63,825 nucleotides of DNA, filler included, from Perkinsus olseni (GCA_013115125.1; 5 parts of 5 records of this genome joined end to end with filler, not necessarily neighbours in it), one strand, 5' to 3'; positions 46,830 to 58,570 are shown, counted from the whole stretch's first letter. The notes: generated from the letters alone by a model not told the origin. Made by a program: numbers and translations.

Positions 46830-49080
46830 TGCCATTATCATCATCACGGCGGCAGCGTTAGAGGGTACTACAGGCCATCATCATCATGTTGATCTTGATG
46901 ATGATGATACTCAGGTAACATGATGATGTATCGTCAGCAGCAGCAGCAGCAGCAGCAGCACAGTCTCTATAATGATGATGATGATCAGTGATTCATTCAT
47001 TGATAATGATCTGAGGTGATTATCGATGAATAATTACACCACCACCATCATCACCATCACCCTCAGAATCCATGATGGTGATAGTAGGGAGGGGATGTGG
47101 TGGGATATAATAACGATGTTATGGGAGCATCCCTTACCTACTAGATGGGCTAGATGCTATTCTTACGATAATATGGAATATTATTATATCAATAAAGATA
47201 AACAACAACAACAGCAAGGAGGAGAAGTGGAGGAGAGTGATAACGACAGTGGTGGATGGTGCTGCTGTTGTTGGAATCATCCATTAACGCCATATTATAG
47301 ACAATTAATGGCTATAGTGAGGGTGGTAGATACTACTACTACTACCGGGAATAACAACGCTATTATCACTACACAACACCTAGAACATACTATCGATACA
47401 TTGAGGTCATAACAATACCACCCCTTGGACTACTCCTACTACTATCATATGTCTCAGGAATCATATTGCGGAGGAGCTGGATACATGGCATGGCCCGATA
47501 CCTGCAGTGGTCCATGGGGGGGAGAGGTAGTATTACTAGCTTGCTACACTTGTTACGGTACATCGTTACCGTCTATGATCATTATTATTTTAGTAATATG
47601 ATGGATGATGATGATGCACCGGGTGGTATGTATTATTATTATGTTAACTCAATAGATGGTATTACTTCATGGGAGGATCCTAGAGTTGATGCCCAACTAA
47701 TACATGCAATACAAGTTAAGGTTATACAACATATTGCTCACATATTCAACATACAACAACAACAACAACATCCTACAACAGCAGCAATGGTAGGGTGGGG
47801 TAGACCTAGTGTGGGTGGTGGTGGTACAATGTTGTTATCATATTCATGCAGGCATATGACGATACTTATGATGATAATGCAACGGATAGTAGCATGATAA
47901 TACCAGGAGATCTTGGTAAGATAGTTAATAAGAAAGTAAAAGGATATTTATCTGGAGTATGGCCTTCCACAGCAGCAGCAGATGATTATGATTATGATAC
48001 ACCCGACTTTGGCAGTATTAATGATGATGACGATGATGCTGCTGCTGAGGTATTAGTAATAGCAGTATTAGTAATATTAGCGTATGATAGATACTGAATC
48101 TCGATGATGAAAGGTGTGGTAATATGACAGCACCCCATGATGATGATGAGGAGGAGGAAGGGGTGTATTACAACAATGATGGGTAAGAGTAGCATAACTA
48201 TCGATATCATTGCAAGTTGTTGTGTCCATCATCCAGGGCCATTGTCCCTTTACATGATGACGCTGTCAACTATACATATGGTGATACCGTCGATATAACG
48301 AGAGATGATGGCGGCGATGGAATATTGATGAGAGGGAGGAGTGGTGCTAGTAGGATGCGGTATAATACATCATTCACTCTATCATCATTAGGAGTATCTA
48401 CTGATGATAATAATATGAGTACAGTAAAACGTTCCAACTCGATAGGAACTTATAATAATAAACGCAGTGGGTCATCATTGATAAGGGATACTACGGTAGG
48501 AGTAGTACTACCACAACACCACCAACAACAGAAGCAGCAGCAGTGCTATTCACTGTCATCATCATTGTATCCGTCAGATGTATCATAACCAAACAACAAC
48601 AACAGCAGGAGGAGGAGTGTTAGTAGCGGATGATAGCATAGAAGAGCTAGCAGCTAGACAACTGGCATCATCAGAATCCACGCATGAAGCTTATACCCGG
48701 TACTAGTAGTAGTACTGATGCTGTGTACATTGATGATGGTGTAGGCATGTTGAGGATGAGAGAGAACAAGCGAGGTTGATTATGGTACATAAAAGGGATG
48801 AAAGATATCGGACACTACACAATGAAACGCAACTGCATGCTGCCATGAGTGTAAAGGGAAGTGGAGAGAATAAGGCTGCCAACAAAAAGAAGAAAAAGAA
48901 AAAGAAACATGATAGCAAAAGGAAGAAAAGCAATAGTAATAGAGGTAGTCGTATTATGATTGATCATAACCTCTACCATCAGGATCATCAGTGGACGATA
49001 ATAAAAATAATAATGCGGAAGATGATGATGATGTTACATCAACATTGGAAAGGATAAAGTTACTGACGAAGAAATTGAGT
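46830..49080 (+). CDS. WW-domain protein with low-complexity tail; multi-exon, approximate limits
   Basis: EHPLPTRWARCYSYDNMEYYYINK...WNHPLTPYY and YYYYVNSIDGITSWEDPR are WW-like motifs. Confidence 0.55.
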
Positions 49081-49214
49081 ACTCAGTAGTTCTACTACCA
49101 TTCCATCATTAAGCATGTGATTACCATCACCATGGTAATATTGGTATAGTGTTACAGTCAGTGTTAATTAACATCATCATCACCATCACTAGAAACGATA
49201 ACACCTCATCATCT

Positions 49215-50302
49215 TTATAAAGTGGTATCACCATTTCTACAGTAATGATTCAACTTATGAGTCAGTGCGGCCTTATCATCATCATTCAATGGTATAACTT
49301 TACTATACCTCCTCCTTATATTCATAATAGATTCCAATAATATTGCAGCAGCGGTGCACACATTAAGACTTTCTACAACACCATACAAAGGTATATAACA
49401 TCTCAAATCAGCACAGTCCCTGATGATATCTGATATACCGCACGACTCTTGTCCAAATACAACAGCCAATCTATCAGGCAGTGTACTAGTAATAGTAGTA
49501 GGATTGGTAGTGTCAAGTAGGTCATGATACGATACAGCCTGTGGTGATACATCAGTTGCCCATATTTGGTAACCTCTGCTATGGAGATCGTTGATAGCAT
49601 GATAATGATCATTGAACCTTGTTACCTTGAGATATCTGATCGATCTCCTACTTACACCATCAGCTGTCTTCTTTATTCTCATCTTATCATCATTACTATT
49701 CCATGATGGCAACATATATAACTGATAGATACCCAGAGCATCGCACAGTCGATACATACCGCTAATGTTATGAATATCTCTAACACCATCTAGCACTACT
49801 ATTACACCATCATCTCTGCTGCTGACCACCTTATCGACATCAACAATAGCAGCAGCAACACCATTCTTAGATGACGACCCAAAGCCGCTAGCAATATCAT
49901 AACGATGACGACGATGAACCCCTCCTCGTCCTCCTTCCTGTTGTAATATTGATAATGTATATTGTAGCCTAGATCGTCTCCGAGGAGTAAGGTATATCCC
50001 CTTCCCACATACAAGTGCAGTTATCCATCTCAGAGTGCCATCAGAAGGTGGGGCGGCATGGGCAGCATACTGTAGTAATCTCGTTATAGCCTTATCAATG
50101 ACCATCGGGTAAAATAGAGTATTGAACCATTGTTGGTAGTCATTACCAGTTGTTGTTGTTGATGATGTATCATCATTCCTACTCGCAATCATCACAATAC
50201 ATTCTACCACCCAATCTACACCTTCAACCAAATCATCAATCAGACATGATGGACCATCACACCCTTTATTATCCATCTCCATCATAAGCTTGCCAACCCA
50301 TA

Positions 50303-50350
<48 letters not shown>

Positions 50351-50839
50351 CGGTATGACTACTATCAGTCTCCAGGGTTGTTGGGGTTGATGATATTATT
50401 GTTATATCATACACATTGAGATACTTAACGTTATGCCCATTAGGATGGCAAGAATCCCCAAGCGAAGCAGCAGCAGTACCAGCAGTACCAGCAGTAGTAG
50501 TAGCATCATCACATCGGATGGTGTAATCATCATCTCCATGAACTGATGATGATTTCAGCAGTGCCCTAACTAGCACACCCTTGCGAAGATGTGACGTGGT
50601 GGTGGAAGTTACGGTACGACTAGCGGTCGTAGGATGGTGGTCGGTAGCGAGTAGTTGATGCCTGAATACCTTGATATCATCGTTAATGTAATAACTTCTC
50701 TCATCCTCATGATCATTCCCGGAAGGATCCTTCATTATCATCTTAAGTATACCATCCACCGGCACAATAATACCAAACCCTTTCTTGTGATCGAAGAACT
50801 TAACACGGCAGATTATCGAATAATAACAGCATGGACCAG

Positions 50840-50873
<34 letters not shown>

Positions 50874-51028
50874 GGCATCGTGAGGGTGGTAGAGATTAGT
50901 GAAAAGAACATTGTGATTACCATCATGAGTAGCGTTCAGCATGATTCTCGTATTATACTCGCTTTTGCTGTTGGTGTTGATATATCGGGCAGATGATTGT
51001 AGAGGATGATGGAAGAACGATGGTTGAG

Positions 51029-51031
<3 letters not shown>
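49215..51031 (-). CDS. SpoU/TrmH-family RNA 2'-O-methyltransferase with an N-terminal cold-shock-domain-like segment; 5' end uncertain
   Basis: VVLDGVRDIHNISGMYRLCDALG, VVFGQESCGIS and YIPLYGVVESLNVCTAAAILL are SPOUT motifs 1-3. CRVKFFDHKKGFGIIVP resembles CSD RNP-1. Confidence 0.8.

Positions 51032-51101
<70 letters not shown>
51032..51101. repeat. (CAA)n microsatellite at the contig end
   Basis: Read directly from the sequence. Confidence 0.95.
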
Positions 51102-51201
51102 NNNNNNNNNNNNNNNNNNNNNNNNNNNNNNNNNNNNNNNNNNNNTTAATTAATTAANNNNNNNNNNNNNNNNNNNNNNNNNNNNNNNNNNNNNNNNNNN
51201 N
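51102..51201. other. Assembly gap with artificial linker
   Basis: TTAATTAATTAA at 51146-51157. Confidence 0.95.
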
Positions 51202-53106
51202 CTTTTTTCGAGACCTCACGCCGTGAGGCTCACGGACATTTACTGGCGCCTGTGACACCCCAACTCCTCCGAAGTTTCGCACTGGTGGGTCACAAGCGTG
51301 AAGCTGCGGCAAGCCTTCAGCTCACGGCCTCAACATGGACCAGTGAGTGGTGAGTCACCACTGGTGACCAGTCACTGACCGCCAGTAGCCCGGAGCCACT
51401 CAACGCAGTAGGCGTAGCCAGTTTCCGGCCGAAGCTTTCGGCCCAGATTGAAATTCAAACTCAAAGCTGGGCAACGAATGTACGCACCTGGCAGATACCA
51501 TGCGCTTCTGGGGTCTTATCTATTTTGGGCGAGCGCCATCTTGATCGCATTTGACTGCCTTGTTAACTCTTCGCGAGAAGTAGCTAAACCGAGTAATGCT
51601 CCGTGTTTCTTATATATTCAGCGAGTAGTAAGCCAATCATATGATGGCACTCATATTCAATCTGGCTCAGTCCATTAATTAACATGGTATTCTTCAAAGA
51701 GAAAACGGTGGATCGTGAGAGACTATGTTAACTTACGCGGAACAACAAATGAATAACAGTTCAACGGTCAGTCTGACTGACTTAGTCAGTCTGGTCGTGC
51801 CAGATGATATGGTACTGCTGGGGATGAGAATGTCTTGAGTGTTTAACTATCAGGCCGCGAGTGATGCTGAAATAATAATTTCAAGGACCTTTTTATAAGG
51901 TCCTTATATCTTCGTGTCTGAGGGCCTTACTGAGAGCGTCTTAGAGTAAGTCTCATAGATATTAAAATATGAGGGATTAGCCAGTGGTTTCGCGCCATAC
52001 ATTTTCTTCAATTTCAGGAATAAGAGTGGCAAGGCGGTCCGACGAATACCGATGCTCTGTCTACAATGTAGACAGAGCAATGTGGACTCTACATCCAATA
52101 ATCGAACGGGGAATCTGTCGAGCTCCGACGGCGAAGCCAGGAACCCGTTGAGATCTGAGCCTGCGATCTGAGTTAAGTCCAGAGGTGAGCTTGCGACGCG
52201 AGTTTTGTGCTCGGTCCATAAGAATCGTGGGCGCATTGCTTAGATATTTCATCAGGAGTCCCTCGTCGGTCCTGCAGAGGTTGATATCCCTCGTTTGATT
52301 TCATGGGAAGATGAGTGGGACTTCGTTGGATTCCCCAACCTCGTTGGATTCCTCAACCGCAGATGAGTCTCCTGCCTCGTTGAAGGCCATTGCCAATTTG
52401 ACCAGACGAGTAGCATCGACCTTTGGCGACGAGTCGTCGCCGACGACAATACGCCTATGTTCAAGGTCCGTAACAGCAGAGCTCCTAGAAAGAATAAGCC
52501 TTCTACCGACGGCTACTGCAACTATATCTGTTGCCAGCACGTTGCGTGCGGGGTACAACTTCAGGCAATTTTGGACTGTTCTATTGAACAGACTCGGGTC
52601 AGAATTTACAGAAATCGTGAGTTACACAGTGTACACAGCGACGTGAGACTGTAACTTACACTCTCACGTTGCTCGCCAAACAGCCGTCGAGGAGTCGCCG
52701 ACTGATGAAGGTGCCGCCTGGCGGTAAGAAGTACGTCAAGGTCCCGGCTCACCTGGACCTGGCTATGGAGCAGGCTAGTGTTCTGCTAGTTGGAAAAACC
52801 TACGAGGTAGTTCGAACTCATCACACCGAAAGTGCTCGTTACCACTAAGATGCAAAAAAGTGAAGGTGTTGCAAAAGTAGAGGTGTTGACAAAGTACGTG
52901 TGTTGCCAAAGTACAGAAGTTGACAAAGTCCACCATGTTGCCCAAATTCCAACGTCCGCAAAACTCATATGTTATGTAAGTTCGACGAGTACTCTTGTTG
53001 CAGATGTTAACGAGTTTGCTATGCAAATGTGTTGGATTCGTCGCCCTGTTGTCAAAGTACCTATGTGATAATTTGACCCTGGTGAAATCCAACCACTGTT
53101 GTAAAA

Positions 53107-54150
53107 GCTAATGCATGCGTTGATGAAGTTCACGGACCAGTTGAAAAAGAATGCCACGTTGTAGAACAACGCGTTGCTAAATGTCACGTTGCCGAAGTTA
53201 ATATTCCCGTTGGGAATGTCGTTGTTGCCGTTGCCATTTCACCAGAGTTGTTATTGTTGGTGTTGTCGAAGTTCACTCACCCAGATAAGTCTGCGGGTCA
53301 GAATTTTCGAGTATGTTGGTTATCTAACCAAGTCATCTGCACGACTTGTGAGAAGTATAAATACCTGGCTTTTGGAGAAGACTTGCCTGCGGATCTCGAC
53401 AAAGTCGGCAAATTTGATATTGGACCAGCATTGGATGCAGCGAGGCGCCGCACATTGCTGCAATCACTCGAACGACATAGCAATGTGGAAACTCATCGCC
53501 GGTGCAGAGAGTTCGGGGAACGGGCTCAGAAGGACAAAACAAATATCATCAGAATGAATGTAGCTAGGATGGCCTATGTTACGATCACTGAAGGCGATAG
53601 TTTTCGCCGGTTCGAGCGTAACCCCTCGGTCCTTGCTCTCTCTGGCGCTCTGGTCGGCGATCTCAATCATTCTCGTAAATTCATATCGTCGTTTGCTGTT
53701 TGTCTAAAAAAAGAGCTTCTGGCTCGGCTCTCTTACCTCATCACTGCACCTCGGGGGTGCTTTGGTGATAAGCCCTCCCCGATGGGAGCAGCGACTGATA
53801 AAGTCACACTGGGAAGGAGAACCTTACAAGCTGCTTCTGTGAGTACCCTTATAGATGGCAAGATCACGGTTTACTTGGTTGGGGCACCACCAGCTATTAC
53901 CAAAACTGGTGCTGCTTTGGCGAAGTTGCTGTTGGAAACAATCGAGGCGGTGGGCCTGCCGAGGGACTTCGTCAAACAGAATTGCGTGAGCCTCTCCACT
54001 GACGGCGAGTATGTGAATTTAGGCGTTGGTGACAAGCTTAATGCCCTCCTGGGATTGGAGGAAGTTTCTATCTTGCGTTATTCTTATGATAGGCCATCTC
54101 CATGATGTCTCGATTCGAGACTCTCGAAACCTACTATCAGTAAGAACATA
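53107..54150 (+). pseudogene. Decayed DDE transposase of the hAT/Dada-related group; frameshifted and C-terminally truncated
   Basis: Zn-finger-like ICTTC...RHSNVETH, GDLNHSRKF, first Asp in ATDKVT..RRTLQ and second Asp in STDGEY. At about 54090 TATGATAGGCCATCTCCATGATGTC reads YDR-x-HLHDV across a frameshift (the [C/D]xxH motif). The catalytic Glu region is not found. Confidence 0.7.
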
Positions 54151-55591
54151 AGAATTTCTTATGTTTGGAGCAGCTGAAGCTCAGCTGCTGAGCTCGTCCA
54201 ATTCATCTATGCCACAACCCCGGCCCGGGGTCAACAGCAAACCTGAAAGAACTGCCAGCTCCCAGTTGGAAGGACTATGCATAATTCAGCCACGACTTGA
54301 AGGCGTCGCCTTCGAAATTTATCGGTTGGGTGGCAGCAACTGGTGGCTATACGGAGTTCACTTCTTTCCAGGAAGACGAGCCCGTTGTTGGGTGATGGTC
54401 CGCAGAGGGGCAAGGGACGTGGTGGCTGATATGTACATCGGACCCACTACAGGGATGATCTCCTCCACGGAAACCGAACCTAGCGGGGGGCGTCGTTTTG
54501 GGAGCCGTCTAAGGCTGGTGTTCCATAGCCTACGGAACACCAGCCATAGTCGCCCTAGGATCTAGGACCTACGGGCCGCAGGTCCTGCATCCAAGGGCGA
54601 CTCACTAGAACTCTGCCCTTCAACACGGGGGAGGCTATCTAGTGCTGTCGTGAAATCTTCGCTGTGCGCATCAGCAATCTTTCTGTGGACACCGTCTGGA
54701 ACCAGAACAAGAATGTGAGGGTGAATATTCAAAAGAGCTTAGTGGAAGACAGTGATGTGCCGGGGAAAAGCGGACCCTAGAATAAGAGATTGAAGAGATT
54801 GAATCCAAGAGATCGGAGTTAGTATGGATGCTGCCAGCATCCATACTAACTCCGATCTCTTGCATCATGCTGGCAACACAAGATACTTTGAGCCAGGCTC
54901 TTTGAGTCAAAGATGTGTTGCACGCTCACATTAACGCAAACTTTGCGTCGCATCGTATCTTTTCGTCGCAAAGATACGATAGTAACGAGACTCTCGTTAC
55001 GAAAGCAAGCTCCGTTGAGCTATCTAGCTGATGCTGCGGTCCGAGAGGAGTTCAACCACGGACGCCCGGCTGCTCTGAAGGTAGGCCGTCAGCCAACTCG
55101 GCTAGGGGTGGTCCTGGACCACTGGTCCATGATGCTCTGGTAGTCCCTGCTTGATATCTACCAGAGATGGATAATCCAATGCAAATCCATCATGGATTTG
55201 CATGAAGTACTATCGTGAGACACGAGCGGATGGGCTCTATTGACAAGATCGGGGAGAAGATCAAGGTCAGTGACTGACCTAAGGCCAGTGACCTTGCATC
55301 CACGCCTGTAGCAGGATCCTGCTACAGGCTTGTATGCGCAGGAACTACTCTTTTGTTCTCGACAGGAGTACTAGGTTGATTGAGACGACTTACTGGAGTA
55401 TCACGCAGTAAAGCTGGATCGCAATATTGAAAGCACCGCACCGAGCCGAAGCCTTCCGAGCCTACCGACAGGATCGGGTCCGACCCGCCGGGTGAAGATG
55501 GTGAGATAGAGCCCTCCATCGCGTCATGATGACGCGATGACGCCGTCATCTCGACCCGGAGGACCTCCGTTAGAGCAAGAAATCTAAACGC

Positions 55592-55663
55592 GGGCTGAGT
55601 CGAGAATCGAACACAAGACCTCTCGCTCCGAAAGCGAGAATCATACCACAAGACCACACAGCC
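55592..55663 (-). tRNA. tRNA-Pro-type body with anticodon TCG; probably a pseudogene
   Basis: GGCTGTG TGGTCTTGTGGTATGATT CTCGC TT-TCG-GA GCGAG AGGTC TTGTG TTCGATT CTCGA CTCAGCC C. There are T:T mismatches in the acceptor and T stems. Confidence 0.75.
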
Positions 55664-55792
55664 TCAAAAGACATGTCGTAGAGGAAGCTTGCGCGCTTCT
55701 GTGTCTGTCACTAGAAGCCGCGGGCCTCCGAAGACGCGGTAGCAACTTCAACGCGACTGATTATCTAGCTCACACTTCGAACGATGTGGCAA

Positions 55793-55881
55793 TACTGGAA
55801 CCGAGAATCGAACTCGGTACCTACTGCGTGTTAGGCAGTCGTCATATTATGACGGTTATTAACCAACTAGTCCATTCCAGC
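55793..55881 (-). tRNA. tRNA-Val (AAC) with a 15-nt insertion in the D-loop; probably inactivated
   Basis: Acceptor GCTGGAA/TTCCAGT, anticodon arm ACTGC CT-AAC-AC GCAGT, T-arm CCGAG TTCGATT CTCGG. Length is 89 nt. Confidence 0.8.
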
Positions 55882-56099
55882 AAGCTGAAAAGGCATCTCA
55901 TTTCATCATACCTTCTCATTCATTCTTGCGCGCTAAGCGCGCAAGCTTCCTCCCCCACATGGACGGGTCCGACCAGGAAGATAGGCACGGGCTGCTAGGT
56001 CGAGTCTAGTCCATCGGACAGCGAGGGTACCTTCGTTTCCGAAAAGATCCAAGCTGTGGAGCGTGGTAACAACGGAATTCTCGTTGAACCAGATATTGA

Positions 56100-57144
56100 G
56101 CCTCAATAATTGAGGTTACCAACGGAACTATATCTAATGATGATCTCCATGTGGGTCTCACAATTCAGACCGCTATTCGACTCTATTATCATCATTAGTT
56201 TGTTGAAGCGGGAGTTGTCGACAAGGATATTGAAGCCTTCAGTAAGCTCTCTGGCCTTGCGAAAGTCTATGGTTGGGATTTCGTCGGTGAGATTGGCAAA
56301 AGTGCACTCGCGTTGGGACGAAATGACTTTACCTATTTATGTGTTCGCATGAGTAAAGATAAGCCTGCTGAAGGGAGGGCTACAGGTAGTTGATTTTCAT
56401 AGTAAGTAATGGATTGGTTAGTTCCATCAATATTTAGGTTCTCGTAGTCTTGAGCCATCGGATCCCTCCAACTCAAGGGCGGGCTCTGTAGCACAACCTG
56501 AGTTGATGGTAGCCTCTCATGGGAGCAAAGAGGGTAATAAGAAGAAGAGAGGGCGTGGTCGCGTTTATCCTTCGTGGGTCACGCAATTGATGGATGATAC
56601 TGTTTTTGAGTCCGTGCAACTTCCATATCGGATGTTTTGACGAAGCTTCCTTTTTTCTGACGTTGCTAAGCATTTGAAGTATTGGCGGAGATTTCCAGCT
56701 GTCGTTACAGCTAAAGTTACAGAAGGTGGTCATCCTGATATCCAACGCAAAGCTGTTCAATTTAGGGATTTCTATCGTGAGGGTGGCTTTAATCGGTTGT
56801 GTACCCGATTAAGAGAGTATCCGCAGAAGCATCCCGATGACGATGGTGCGCAAGGGGTTCGTATGGTCATCAAGCGGCTGTGCGAGTTTGTTGTTGATTG
56901 TGGTAGTAACTTAACAGGGCATGTGTCACGTGCCTCTGTTGAAGACGACAGGCAAAGGAGCAACGCCGGCCCGTCTACCATTGCACCGAAGTGCTGGGCG
57001 TGCAGAGAGGCAGTTGGAAGGTGGTCCACGCGTCTCCGCAGAACCACTCCTTGCGACTGCCATGCGCAAATTAGCACTCCGGAAGTCAGTGATCGTAACG
57101 CAGCTAGAACTAATATCATCATCGGAAACGACTTGCTCAAGTAG
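56100..57144 (+). pseudogene. Degenerate coding remnant of unknown family
   Basis: Protein-like frames interrupted by stops (TIQTAIRLYYHH*FVEAGVVDKDIEAFSKLSGLAKVYGWDF; KYWRRFPAVV...FNRLCTRLREY). Confidence 0.25.
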
Positions 57145-58570
57145 TGCAGGATTGTGTGACTACGTCCCCTGCCGCGACGGTGTCACCCTAAGTAAAGCCT
57201 GCGGCCTTCCTTTCACAAGATAATTAACAGGAAACCTTGCAATACTTTGAAAACTTCTATTCCTCGTTTCCCTTCTGCTTCTCATGTCCTTCAAGGACAC
57301 GTAAAACAATCTGTTCCAGGTTACTATCTGGACTATCCCCAAGGTTGAAGTCCCTGTATTAAATACAGTGTGTTTGTTACGCGTAGGTTACGGAGCGATA
57401 CCATGTTGACGAGGATGTGATTCTTGTGTTATCTCAATCTTTTGGCTGTGCGAGTGAAAACGAATCGCTACGCTACACTAGCCAGACTGGCTCTGTCTGA
57501 CAGGGCCTGTCACCTCGATTCGATATTCTTGAATGGCGGAAAGCTCGCCTGCCGCGAAACCGGACAAAATATCCACTGAGGCTCCGCAGTATCTATGGCC
57601 ACCGTTCTCTTTGTCTAACCAGGGCGTATCGGCTCGGTCCATGCGATTATAATCTCACGCTTGTTAGTTATTTCTCCGGTATTATGAGACCGATAACAGT
57701 GGATCCCGGCGGAGAGGAATTCACGAGACTAGTTGCGGAGCTACGCACGGAAGTAGACTCTCGTCGAACGCGTGCTCGAGGGCGCCAGCAGCAGTCTGCC
57801 CGAGAGAGTCTTGATCGGAGCTTGGAAGAGCTAGATGAGCAGATTCAGCAACTAAGGGAGAAACCGATGCGGACTGCCGAAAAAGGCATTCATGTGGTGC
57901 GTACTACGTGCGTTTCTTGCTAGCTCCCTGCATCTGTCCTCCTCTTCGTAATTTTGACCAGACTGGTCACTGTACTGGGTCGCGGTATCGAGTAATTTGT
58001 CGGCGGGTAGCACTCAACTGAGCTCGGGCTCGCACACGAACACACGAATCCTGAGCCACGAGCGCCTGGGTTCGTGACCATTACACCTGGTGTGCCTCTC
58101 TACCTCAGGAACCCACGAAATTCTTTGAATGATGAGAACATTACGACACGATAATGTACCCTCTGAGAGGGGCCCTCTCTGAGAGGGGCTCTCTCGTGCG
58201 CTTCAGGCCTCCCCTGAATCTGCGAGATTCAGGGGAGCTTCTGGTTTGACAGTGTAATGAGGCAGTATGTCCGGTCACCGAACTTTAGTTGTAGAGAAAT
58301 CACTTTTAATGTTTCGATCATCGGCGCGAAGTCGCCCGGTAGAATCTGCGTGCTGCTCGCGCGCTGAACTCCCTGTTTCTCAACCTTGGAGATCGCCTCT
58401 TCTCCGCTAACGGGTCTCATGATTTTTTGTTTACTTCTCTAAGAGTCTTAGACTAAGACTGTCAAATAGAGACGGATCAGTCTCGTTGACTAGTTTGGAG
58501 TCCGTAGGCGCGACTAGCGAAAGTTATAAACGAAGGAGTGGACCGTGTGGACGATCGAATGAGGAGTCAC

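Noticed and set aside
51032-51101. Poly-Leu N-terminus of the 628-aa ORF and other homopolymer ORFs in 38.4-51.1 kb
   Set aside because: These are translations of microsatellites from TTG pseudo-starts, not evidence of signal peptides or separate genes.
54512-54557. Hairpin followed by CTAG as a Helitron 3' end
   Set aside because: CTAG is followed by G rather than T and no 5' TC end was identified. The hairpin extends to a 1-nt-centred palindrome like its neighbours.
56445-56460. CTTGAGCCA as a relic of the dinoflagellate/Perkinsus spliced leader (reverse strand)
   Set aside because: Only about 9 nt match; I saw no full CCGTAGCCATYTTGGCTCAAG in the window.
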